A stretch of DNA of 64,000 bases from Octopus vulgaris (lineage: Eukaryota): contig OX597816.1 of assembly GCA_951406725.2 (NCBI GenBank), positions 78,926,001 to 78,990,000 on the forward strand, written 5' to 3'. The notes beneath the pieces are model-generated. The model was not told the DNA's origin, made no database searches, and saw only the letters and a program-made list of their open reading frames with translations. This document shows, in pieces, positions 12,834-23,817 of this stretch (position 1 is the stretch's first letter; the number at the start of each line of letters is the position of its first letter). Made by a program: the position numbers and the translations under genes.

Positions 12834-13340
12834 TCGAAAATACGTTAGGAATGAGAACCCAGGTTCGAAATTTCCCCAAGACACCTGATGAAAGCTGGAA
12901 GGTATATCAGCCGAAATGTGTTAACAACAAAGAAGATGAGGACAAATATCCGTCAAATGTAAATAATGTAGATAATGTACGTAATTCCTCATCTCTTCAG
13001 TATAGAACTGAATAATAATAATAATAATAACATTGAAAAATATCTTAGGAATAAGAACCCAGGTTCGAAATTTCCCCAAGACTCCTGATGAAGGCCCTTA
13101 ACCACTAGCCCATGGGCATATAGCGTGGTGGTTAAGAGCGTAGGGCTACTAACCCCAATATTCCGAGTTTGATTCCAAGCAGTGACCTGAACAATAATAA
13201 TATCGAAAAATTCCTTAGGAATGAGAACCCAGGTTCGAAATTTCCCCAAGACACCTGATGAAGGCTAGAGGGTATATCAGCTGAAATGTGTTAACAACAA
13301 ACTATATGAAGACAAATATCTGTCAAATGTAAATAATATA
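12520..13340. mobile_element. Cluster of tRNA-headed HHR-bearing elements (minus copy, truncated plus copy, partial, full plus copy)
   Basis: Same family as 6602-7035; A box TAGCGTGGTGG at 13121-13131, B boxes GAGTTCGATCC (12777) and GAGTTTGATTC (13165); CTGATGA cores near 12600(-), 12885, 13085 and 13255. Confidence 0.85.
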
Positions 13341-13919
13341 GTAACAACGTACTCATATTACAATAATCTATGACAATTATTGCTGCTCTCTGAGAAAAAG
13401 TTTTGAAACGTTTTTATACACCTCATATATGAAACCCCCTCCCGAAATTTCATTTTCTTCAGACATATGCATTGCATTCATATATTATCAGAACCTTGAT
13501 TGCTTATATGCGATTGTTAATTTTATATTTAAAATTGTTTTTCAAGTTTGGTTTAATTTCTGATTATTATTGTAAAAAACAGAACAAAAACAGAATGGAA
13601 TATTTAACACCAAAACACCCTGATTTCTCTGTCAAATATAATCCTTACTTATTCATGTTGTTTTGGATTAATCCTGGATTATCTCATAGCTTTGCGATTA
13701 TGTTGATATGTTTGACTATTTTTTTAACATCATTGTAGGATAAGTGTGAGAGGTCAAATCTGACCAGTTTGAACATAAAACGGAGAATATTTATGATGGA
13801 TATGGCCAGGTTATATGCAAAAACAAATATTGTAGGGTAGGTGTGAAAGGTTAGATTTGTCCAGTTTGTTTACTAAAACAAGAAATTTCACCAGATATGG
13901 TTAGTTTAAATGCTGAAAA

Positions 13920-14295
13920 CATCATCTACACACCACTTCCCACACCATCATCTACACACCTATACATGCACACACACACACGTCAAGGTCACCAGCCCTC
14001 TTCCACGCACATACATGCTCTTATGCAGACGCACGCACACCTTCGTTTTGGAATCACCGCTACTTTATTATCTCTCCTTCTTCCTAGCTCTCCTGTGTGA
14101 CCTCTCTCTCCAGCATTCACCATGATAGATCGCTAGCCACTACGCATTCTTTATTTTCTCTCCCTGTTTCTTTCTGTGGAAGAGCGTAGGCTCAAAATAG
14201 TAAAGACTTTTCCACTTCCTGAGCGTTAAACTAATACATGTTTGCTGTCTACACCACCTGTCTTTGTCTTTTGTTTTTTTTGTGAATTCTCCCCT

Positions 14296-14300
<5 letters not shown>
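13920..14300 (+). mobile_element. Further copy of the CUGUNGA HHR-like repeat family
   Basis: Colinear with 9910-10310 (CGTCAAGGTCACCAGCC...CTGTGGAAGAGCGTAGGCTC). Confidence 0.75.
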
Positions 14301-14327
<27 letters not shown>

Positions 14328-14716
14328 CAGCAAAAAAATTTAAACAGTTGATTAACTTGAAAGAATATAAAATAATCAACAGAGGCAGGTGTTTAAATAT
14401 CAGTCCTGATTCTGCACTAGGTCATAATAAAATCTGCGCTTGTCCAGAAGTGCTTTGTGACTACCCATCTGTCAACAGAAGAATAAAAGGTAGAGGTCAA
14501 AGAGAATGTCAAGAATAATTGCGTTTGTACACATCAGGAGAAAAAAGGCATCAAGTAATGTTGCGGGTATGGAGATGATGGTGAATGACAGAGGTCTGGT
14601 GGGTTAGAGAGCTGTGTTTGTGATTGTGAAGGTAGTGGGTCCGATTCTTGGACTGGACATTGGGCAGGAAAACCTATGGCCTCTCCCTGGATCTCAAAGG
14701 CATAAACTGCAAGAAG

Positions 14717-14821
<105 letters not shown>

Positions 14822-14989
14822 AATGGATGTGTGTATTTTTCCCTTGTTTACAATTAACATGGAAAAAATAAACAGTTACTAGGGCAGCAAAAAATCACAA
14901 GTAATAAGGACGTAACACCCTGTTTGTAAAGGGAGAAACTGGGTTGATGTGAAATATTTTGTATAATATATATATAAATAAATGAATGA

Positions 14990-16640
14990 AGGTAAACGCA
15001 TGTGTTATTCAAATTCTTTTACTTCCGACATATGTTTCGAAGACAACATTGGTATTATTCCAAAAGGAATAAAATGGTGTAAAACAATGTAATCTTCTCA
15101 TCAGGGAAAGAAAGAAAGAAACCAAACTCGTCAATAAAACATTTTAACAGAATGTGATGGATGTGTATAATGATGAACAAAACGCTATTAAGTTTTTAAA
15201 AAAAAAACCGTTAGAAGATATAACGTCAAAAGTAGCCTATAGAAAGAGAAGGGGTAAAGGAGAGAATTTAGCAGAAAACTAATAAAGAAAAAATATAGAG
15301 CGATATGTGAATTAAAATAAAAGCTTAAATGCTTGGAAATAAATATATCTAGTGGGAGTGAAATGTAAGAAGAAAATCAAAGTTCAAATTATATAGAATG
15401 GTAGATATCACTTATATGAACTAAAGGTATGTTTCTGCCTGTGTTTACATCGATAAGCACGCTCTATAAACGTGTTTACAGGAGGATTCTAAGAAAATAG
15501 AATATGAAATAGTTCACAATTACAGAGTTGGCAGAATTCTTTGCCTTTATCGTATAGGAATGAAATGGAGAGAATCAACCAATCTAAATTAAATTGTTTA
15601 TTATGATCTTTTAGATACCAAAATTAATTTACTAAGCCCTGTACTGTTGCGTTTATTACTATCCCTAAATGTAGGAGTAATGATTAGAAATTCTTTTAGA
15701 TAACAGAACTATCTATATAAAAAAGTCATTGGTACCGGAAATAATTTTACACTGGTATATAGAGTTTTTAGTCTTAGAATTACTAGACATAAACTTAATT
15801 CTGTTGGAATTTACTTCAGAGATAATAACCTTGTTAATATTTCTAGGGGAATGGTTAGTATTAGCTAAATTAATGTTAGTATTAGTAATTGGATTCTTAT
15901 TTAATAGACTAATATTATATGAAGAGATAATTTGTGAAAGGTTTTTTGTGTTGGAAAAACCAATCCTAACCGTATGCGAGTTGATAATCGAGTAATACCT
16001 AGAATTCTTTGGAAAATTCTTGATAGCTTCCCGAAACTGGAAAGGAAGATTAGATTTAATTTTTTTTCCATAAGGAATAATCAACCAAATAGTTTTGCTA
16101 GTAGTTGTCTTATTGTTAGCGTAACTATCTTTAAAAGACTTCGATTTACCTTTAGAATGAGAAAAGGGGCTTAAATAATAGTTATCTCCCTTACGCTATA
16201 AAAAACCTTACTCTGCTTGGTGTTGGCGTCTAAATTAAAATTAAAATCGTTCATATCGTTACAATTAGATTTCATGTCTCTATTACTAAAGGTAGAATAA
16301 GATTGAATAGAATTAATGTAGGTAACTTTCTCTGTATGGCCCACTTTAAGTAAGGTAGATTTATAAAATTCAGCCTTGTTGTTGAAAATGTCAACATTAG
16401 CAAATAACTTAATCTGAATAAAATATTTTAAACTAAATTCTTAGTGATTGCCCTAGAATGATTACTAAATTGGCTTATATACTTAAGATTGGTTGATGGT
16501 TTGTGGTATGGGAAGTACAAATTATTGTGTAAGTTAAGTGTAATGTCTAAAAAGTTGGCTTTCGTTACATCATCATCAAAAACCGATGCCTAAGCCCATT
16601 CTACGGAAAAACTTAACTAAACTATTTTTAACCTTTTGTA
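14990..16640 (-). mobile_element. Degenerate 5'-truncated Penelope-like element (Hydra-type), RT thumb + GIY-YIG EN + 3' HHR
   Basis: Minus-strand remnants NFLDITLNL, YFPYHKPS, TVRIGFSNTKNLSQIISSYN, NSIYQCKI, STGLSKLI, CQLCNCE; canonical HHR in the 3' region. Confidence 0.75.
15022..15108 (-). ncRNA. Canonical minimal type I hammerhead ribozyme
   Basis: Minus: TTCC CTGATGA GAAGA-(long insert)-TCTTC GAAAC ATAT GTC GGAA; palindromic stem III ACATATGT; GUC cleavage site. Confidence 0.85.
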
Positions 16641-16684
16641 CCTTTTGGTTAGTTACGTTTTTCCGTAGAATAGGCTTAGGCGTT

Positions 16685-17535
16685 GATATTGTGCATCGAG
16701 AATTTGTCCCCTAGAGCCAGACTGTCAATTGAGAGTTTTATTGTGATGCTTTGAAGTGTTTGAGGGAGGACGTTTGACGAAAGCGACCAGATCTGTGGAG
16801 CACAAAATATTGACTTCTTCGTGACAATGTACCCTGTCATTGAGCGCTTCTTACTCGTGAGTTTCTTGTGATTTTGTCATGGACAGGAACAAATATCCAA
16901 CATGAAAATTTGCATTAAATTTGGGAAGTCTGCAACAGAGACATGGAGAATGCTTCAACAAGCTTATGGCAATGTGTCATGCACACTGTTTCGTGTGGCA
17001 CAGGCTCCTCAAAAGCAGAAGACCCTCCCGGGAAGAAGATGAGCAATCTGAAAGACCTACCACTAGTGTCACCCCCAGAAATGTGGTATTGTGCATTGAG
17101 AATTTGTCCCCCCAGAACCAGACCACCAATCAAGAGTTCTACTGCAATGTTTTGAAGTATTTGAGGAAGGACATTTGACAAAAGCGACCGGATCTGTGGA
17201 GCACAAAGTATTGACTTCTTTATGACAATGCACCCTGTCACCAAGGTCTCACTTGCGAGTTTCTCTCCAAAAACAACATTGTACCACTTCTGGACCCACC
17301 CTGTTCCCCAGATTCAGCACCTGCTGACTTCCATCTCTTTCCCAAGATGAAAATACAGCTCAAAGGATCCCAACACTGTTGTTAAGATCCAGAGTGAATT
17401 GCAGAAGGTCCTTGGCTTGCTTAAGGAAAGGAACTTCCAGGATGGATTCCAAAAGTGGCTGGAACACCGAAACCAGTATATTGTTGTGCAAGGTGACTAT
17501 TTTGAAGTAGATAAGGTTAAAACTTAGGTAAATAA
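16685..17535 (+). mobile_element. Rearranged mariner transposase remnant
   Basis: IVHREFVP, NQEFYCNVLKYLR, SPDSAPADFHLFPKMK, QGDYFE; 16685-16865 is duplicated at 17087-17265. Confidence 0.8.
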
Positions 17536-17881
17536 ATCCAACTTACGATGAAAGTAAACAAAGTTTGTTTTAGAAGCGTTGAGACATTGAAAGATACAGA
17601 AATAAATTTTTTTAAATTCTCAAATGTGTGATATTGCTAATAAATAGCGTGATCAGGATAAATTATCCATACATTAAAGAAAAATACGTTAACGACCAGC
17701 CATGAGATTCGAATTCATATCCCTGTGATTACGCATCAAGTGCTTTACCATTAAGCTAAACCGCTCAGTAATGAATTCTTCGGCAATTTTAGAACTTATA
17801 AATTTAGCTTCATAAGCTAATGTTAAATTCAAATTACGATGAAAGTAAACAAAATTTTTGTTTTAGAAGCGTTGAGATGTA
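17536..17881 (-). mobile_element. Short tRNA-containing element with terminal direct repeats and 12-bp TSD
   Basis: TSD TTAGGTAAATAA at 17524-17535 and 17882-17893; ~43-bp direct repeats at 17543-17585 and 17834-17877; tRNA-like segment 17693-17766 on minus. Confidence 0.7.
17693..17766 (-). pseudogene. tRNA-Thr(CGT)-like sequence inside a mobile element
   Basis: TTAGCTTAATGGTAAAGC D arm, TG-CGT-AA loop, AATTCGAATC T loop; acceptor and anticodon stems mismatched. Confidence 0.55.
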
Positions 17882-18276
17882 TTAGGTAAATAATTTTTTT
17901 TTATTTGCACAAAAAATGTTCCTGTTGAGTCTATCCCCACAACATAACCTCGCAGTGAAGCCTCGCCTGTCTGGGTCCCCAGGCAATATTATTTTTTGTG
18001 CTCCGTCTTCGACCCTCTTTTCATCATCTTGCGAATTTATCTAGCTTTATTTCATGTCCTGAGAGAACCTCTTGTGCAAATATTAACTCACCTGTGAAAC
18101 TATGGTCTGCTGCTTGTATTTTGGCGGTTTTTTATCCCAGTTTCTCTTTGTCCCACTCCCTAATAAATGGGCCAGCCCACAAAATAGATTAGAATAGAGA
18201 ATAGAGAATAAAATAGAATAGGAGATAGAATGGAGAATAGAATACACAATAGTATAGAATAGAATACAGAATACGT

Positions 18277-18442
18277 ACATGCTTTCATTTGAAGGTGGAA
18301 CATTGCTATTGAGGGAATGGTTGCTACGTTGAGAAGTAGGGATGTGATCCACAGAGAACCAGCTTTGATGTAGAAACATGTTCCTGTGTTGATAATTATA
18401 CCTGTCCTAAACAAAATAGCATTACTTTTTGACTCACCATCT
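18277..18442 (+). mobile_element. Mariner right-end fragment within (AATAG)n microsatellite
   Basis: Homologous to 8652-8825. Confidence 0.75.
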
Positions 18443-18544
18443 TAGAAAATAATAGAATAGAATAGAGATTACTTTTATAGTCGCGTTTGGTTGCTTGTTT
18501 GTGTGAGACTACTTTTATATGTTTCCTATTTGGAAATAGATAAT

Positions 18545-19020
18545 AAATCATCATCATAGTTTAACTTCCGTTTTCCATGCTAGCATGAGTTGGACGGTTC
18601 AACTGGGGTCTGGGAAGTCAGGAGGCTGTACCAGGCTCTAGTCTGACCTAGCAGAGTTTCTACAGCTGGATGCCCTTCCTAACGCCAACCACTCCGTGAG
18701 TGTAGTGGGTGTTTTTTACGTGCCACCAGCACAGGGGCCAGAAAAGGCTGGCAACGGCCACGATCGGTAGGTGCTTTTTACGTGCCACCGGCACGGGCAT
18801 CACAACTACAATTTCCATTTGATTTTCATTTTGATGTTGATGTACTTGACTCAATAGGTCTTTTCAAGCACAACAGGTCGCCCTAAGATCCGAGGAACTT
18901 TTGAATGGGCTGAGGTTGGTTATGCGAAACTGGTGTAGGATACAGCCGTGAGCTCACTTCTCACGTCTCTTTTGCACACCACATCCGATGCTTCTTTTGT
19001 TCAACATTTCTCTGAAGTAG
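18545..19020 (-). mobile_element. Repeat family B / RTE-type 3' end with (GAT)n tail
   Basis: Homologous to 53390-53750 and 9600-9805. Confidence 0.65.
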
Positions 19021-19025
19021 GAATA

Positions 19026-19910
<885 letters not shown>

Positions 19911-19974
19911 ATACATATATACACCCATACACACATAAACACACACGATCCAATACCACACACACACATACATA

Positions 19975-20260
19975 GGTGCAGGTGTGGCTGTGTAGTAACA
20001 AACTTGGTTCCAAAACACATGGTCCTCAGTTCAGTCCCACTGTGTGGCCTCAGACCAACCAAAGACTTGTCAGTGGATTTTGTAGACAGAAACTGAAAGA
20101 AATCAATTGTATGTATATGTATATATGTAAGTCTATGTGTGTGTCTTTGTGTTTCTCCCTCATCATTGCTTCACAACTGGTGTTCGTTTATTTACATCCC
20201 CATAACTTACTGGTTTCACAAGAAGAAACTGATAGAATAGGTACCAGGCTTATCAAAATA
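19975..20260 (+). mobile_element. Diverged SINE family A copy; 3' part plus flank duplicated at 22090-22370
   Basis: tRNA head GTGGCTGTGTAG...GTTCAGTCCC; downstream block repeated after the RTE. Confidence 0.7.
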
Positions 20261-20340
20261 TAAAAAAGCACTATGCAGTGTCTCATATTTTTGTTTGCCC
20301 ACTCAGTTGTATCTATCAATTTATCTTTGTGTGTGTGTGT

Positions 20341-20388
<48 letters not shown>

Positions 20389-20458
20389 GGATTTCGTGGA
20401 CAGGAACTGAAACAAATCAATCGTATATATATGTATGTATATATGTAAGTGTATGTGT

Positions 20459-22082
20459 TTTAGTATTGGCAACATGAATGACAATGGCCAGAGACTACTT
20501 GAATTTTGTACATACCATAACATGTGCATCACTAACACATTCTTTGCCAACAAGACATCCCACAAGGCATCTTGGAGACATCCAAGATCTCGCCACTGGC
20601 ATCAGCTGGATCTCATCATTACACGAAGATCCTTTCTGAATTCTGAATTCTGTTCAACTGACCCGTAGTTGCCACAGCGCGGATTGTGACACAGATCATT
20701 CACTAATAAGAAGCAGGGTGAGGATTCTGCCTAGCAAAGTCCATCACTCCAAGAAAATGGGCCGACTACGCATTAACACTGCCAGAACCTCGGACCCTAC
20801 ACTGCGACAATGTTTTGCTGTTTCTATGAAGGTTGCCCTCAGTAGCTTCCCAACCTCCTCTGTTGAAAGTAAGTGGAATTATAATCAGGGAAGCTTTGTA
20901 TACCACATCAATAGATACTTTCTGCATGAGAGAAAGGCAAAATCCAGATTTTGTTCAGTGCTGGGTTCTCAGAGCTGGAAACAGTTATCGAAGCAAAGCG
21001 TGCAGCTCTGATGGCAATTGGGTTTTATTTCTTGCCTTTCTGAGTTCTTCGAGTGATGTTATTTGCTGATGATGCCGCTCTGGTATCACACACAGAAGAA
21101 GCCCTCCAAAGGCTCATCAACTGTTTTGAGCAAATGTGGCAACTTTGACTTAGTTATCAGCCTCAAGAAGACCAACATCATGGGTCAGGCTACATCGGAC
21201 ATCCGAAACATACATATTGGAGATCACAGACTACAGGAGGTGGAGAAGTTTACCTATCTTGGCTCTACTGTCACCTACAACCTATTCCTTGATACTGAGC
21301 TCAATATACGCATTGGCAAGGCAGCTGCTGTGATGGCCCAACTCTCCAAACGGGCATGGGACAACAATAAGTTGACCAAGACCACAAAGAAGAAGATTTA
21401 CCAGGCATGTATACTTAGCACTCTACTGTATGGAAGTGAGACTTGGACGCCATACACACACCATATGACGCCATACGTCGCCTAAATATCTTTCACCTGC
21501 GCTGCCTCCGGAAAATCCTTCGCATTAAATGGCAGAATCATGTCCCCAACAAAGATGTCCTCAAGCAAGCAGGAATACCAAGCATGTTTGCACTCTTCAC
21601 ACAAAGACGTATGAGATGGCTTGGACATATTAGCCGTATGGAAGATGGCAGAATCCCCAAGGACATACTCAACGGAGAGCTTGCTAGGGGCACTAGGTCT
21701 GTGGGAAGACCGTTCTTACGATACAAGGATGTTTGCAAAAGGGACATGAATGCCTGCAACATCAATATTACCAACTGGGAAGCAGTTGCCAGCAACCGTG
21801 GCGATTGGCGACGTATCGTAAAAGAGGAAACACAAAGGAGTGACATAGGTAGAGAGGAGAAATGGAAAGACAAGAAAAGACGTCAACAAAAATCTATGAC
21901 ATTACAACCAGCCAGGCAAAGTCTTCGCTACATTTGCGGTACCTGCCAGAGGGAGTGTTTGTCCAGGATAGGACTACACTGCAACAGCAGGAGATGTATT
22001 AGGACATGAAATGTAAAAGCCCGACTAGATTATTTTATGCGCAACTCCATTGTCTCCCGAGACAAAAAGGATGCCAACAACA
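20459..22082 (+). mobile_element. RTE-clade (BovB-like) LINE, 5'-truncated and internally deleted, with ~78-bp TSD
   Basis: APE remnant NDNGQRLLEFC...WRHPRSRHWHQLDLI; RT FADDA at ~21063; FTYLGS; CLRKILRIKW; C-terminal CxxC...RIGLH; (CAA)n tail; flanking duplication 20381-20458 / 22083-22160. Confidence 0.9.
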
Positions 22083-22376
22083 ATATATATGGATTTCGTA
22101 GACAGGAACTGAAACAAATCAATCGTATATATATGTATGTATATATGTAAGTGTATGTGTGTGTCTTTGTCTCTGTGTTTCACCCTCATCACTGCTTTAC
22201 AAGTGCTGTTCATTTATTTACATCCACATAACTTACTGGTTTCACAAAAACAAACTAATAGAATAAGTACTAGGCTTATCAACATAAAAATACACTAGGC
22301 TGTCTCTCATATTTTTGTTTGCCCACTCAGTTGTATCTATCAATTTATCTTTGTATGTGTGTGTGTGTATCTATCC

Positions 22377-22474
<98 letters not shown>

Positions 22475-22491
22475 ATATATATATATGATTA

Positions 22492-23058
22492 ATCGGTTTG
22501 TTTCGAGACACATAAATTATAATGGTTATTGACAATTTTTGTTTCGGCATATTTGGCATTAGAATTTTTTTTTTGCCCTTATCTTGTAAATTATTTATAA
22601 ATTTAACCTTTAAAGGTATGTTTTGATATGCTGGCCATTGATGAAATTTTTTTCCCGAAAAAAATGTTATCCTACATTAATTATAAATTGAATAGTGTTC
22701 ACTTCCGGATTCTCTCATTCTGTGAAAGTTTCTAGTTCGAATCACACGTATCTCGAGATGTGCCGAAGATTTTCTATTTTGGATATATTTGGGGTACTTA
22801 GGTCTGCTCAGGCCTTAGTGCTTGCTTTTTCCATGGGTATGAGTAAGTATTTCACTTATATCTCGCGTATTTGCCGCTGAAGAGGAGAAAATTCTTATGA
22901 ATTAACTGCGAAATTGGACCAATACGGTAATAACGAATTTTTTAGACATTTCTATCGGTTTGTTTCGAGACACATAAATTATAATGGTTATTGACAATTT
23001 TTGTTTCGGCATATTTGGCATTAGAATTTTTCTTTTGCCCTTATCTTGTAAATTATTC
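22492..23058 (+). repeat. ~460-bp unit with ~105-bp terminal direct repeat (pseudo-LTR-like)
   Basis: 22492-22596 is repeated at 22954-23058; CTGAAGA followed by a GAAAATTC/GAATTTT stem precedes the junction. Confidence 0.55.
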
Positions 23059-23108
23059 ATATATATATATATATATATTAGGTTTGGAGATGATGTACAG
23101 GTATTATA

Positions 23109-23806
23109 TATTAGAAGAAATGAGGTACTCAGAAGATCGGATGGTTTATATTTACAGATATTTATTTGTATATTACATTTTTATATATATATCATATCAC
23201 TTAGATCATTAGCGCTTTCTCCCATTCTAGTGGGGTTTTCAAATCAAACTAAGTTCCTGTGTGTGGAGATTTGACCATTTTATAGAGTTTTGTAGTGGTG
23301 GGGAGGAATATAAGACAGTACAAGAGGGTGATGGATGAGGAGAAAGTGAGAGAGAGAACATGTGTGTATGTGTGTGTGTGTATGTGTTTTTTGTATCTGG
23401 GATGAGTGCTAAAGAGAAAGAGGGGAAGGGAGAGGGAAGAAGAAGAAAAGAATTTTTTGGTCTGCTGGACAGAATATTGACTCCAAGGAAAAAAAGAAAG
23501 AATTTCAGTTTTGACCACTTCACAGTGTCACTGAGTGTGTGGTGGCGGGGAGGTAGGCCATAAATTATATTTCGTTTTATCATTGTAAGAGAGTGTGTGT
23601 GTGTGTTTAATGGTCAAATGCTTTTTTGGGTTTAAGAATTCTTTCTACTTTTTATGATAGTTTTGTGGAGGTGTGTGTGTGTGTGTGTGTGTGTGTCCGT
23701 GTGTATGTGTGTGTGTGTGTGCGCGTGTGTGGGTGTCTGTGAGTTTGGAGAAGGGAAGAGAGAAAAAAGGGGGGAGGGGAAAATTGTGTTGATATTTATA
23801 CCACTA
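23109..23806 (-). repeat. Inverted copy of 26977-27618 at the 5' end of the Penelope-like element
   Basis: Reverse complement aligns along its length with 26977-27618; both embedded in (TA)n. Confidence 0.9.
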
Positions 23807-23817
23807 TATATATATAT

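Noticed and set aside
17693-17766. Functional tRNA-Thr gene
   Set aside because: Acceptor and anticodon stems are mispaired, and it lies within a TSD-flanked insertion
22874-22960. HHR at CTGAAGA in the 460-bp direct-repeat unit
   Set aside because: Stem II is plausible but GAAA, stem III and NUH are not recognisable; not called as a ribozyme
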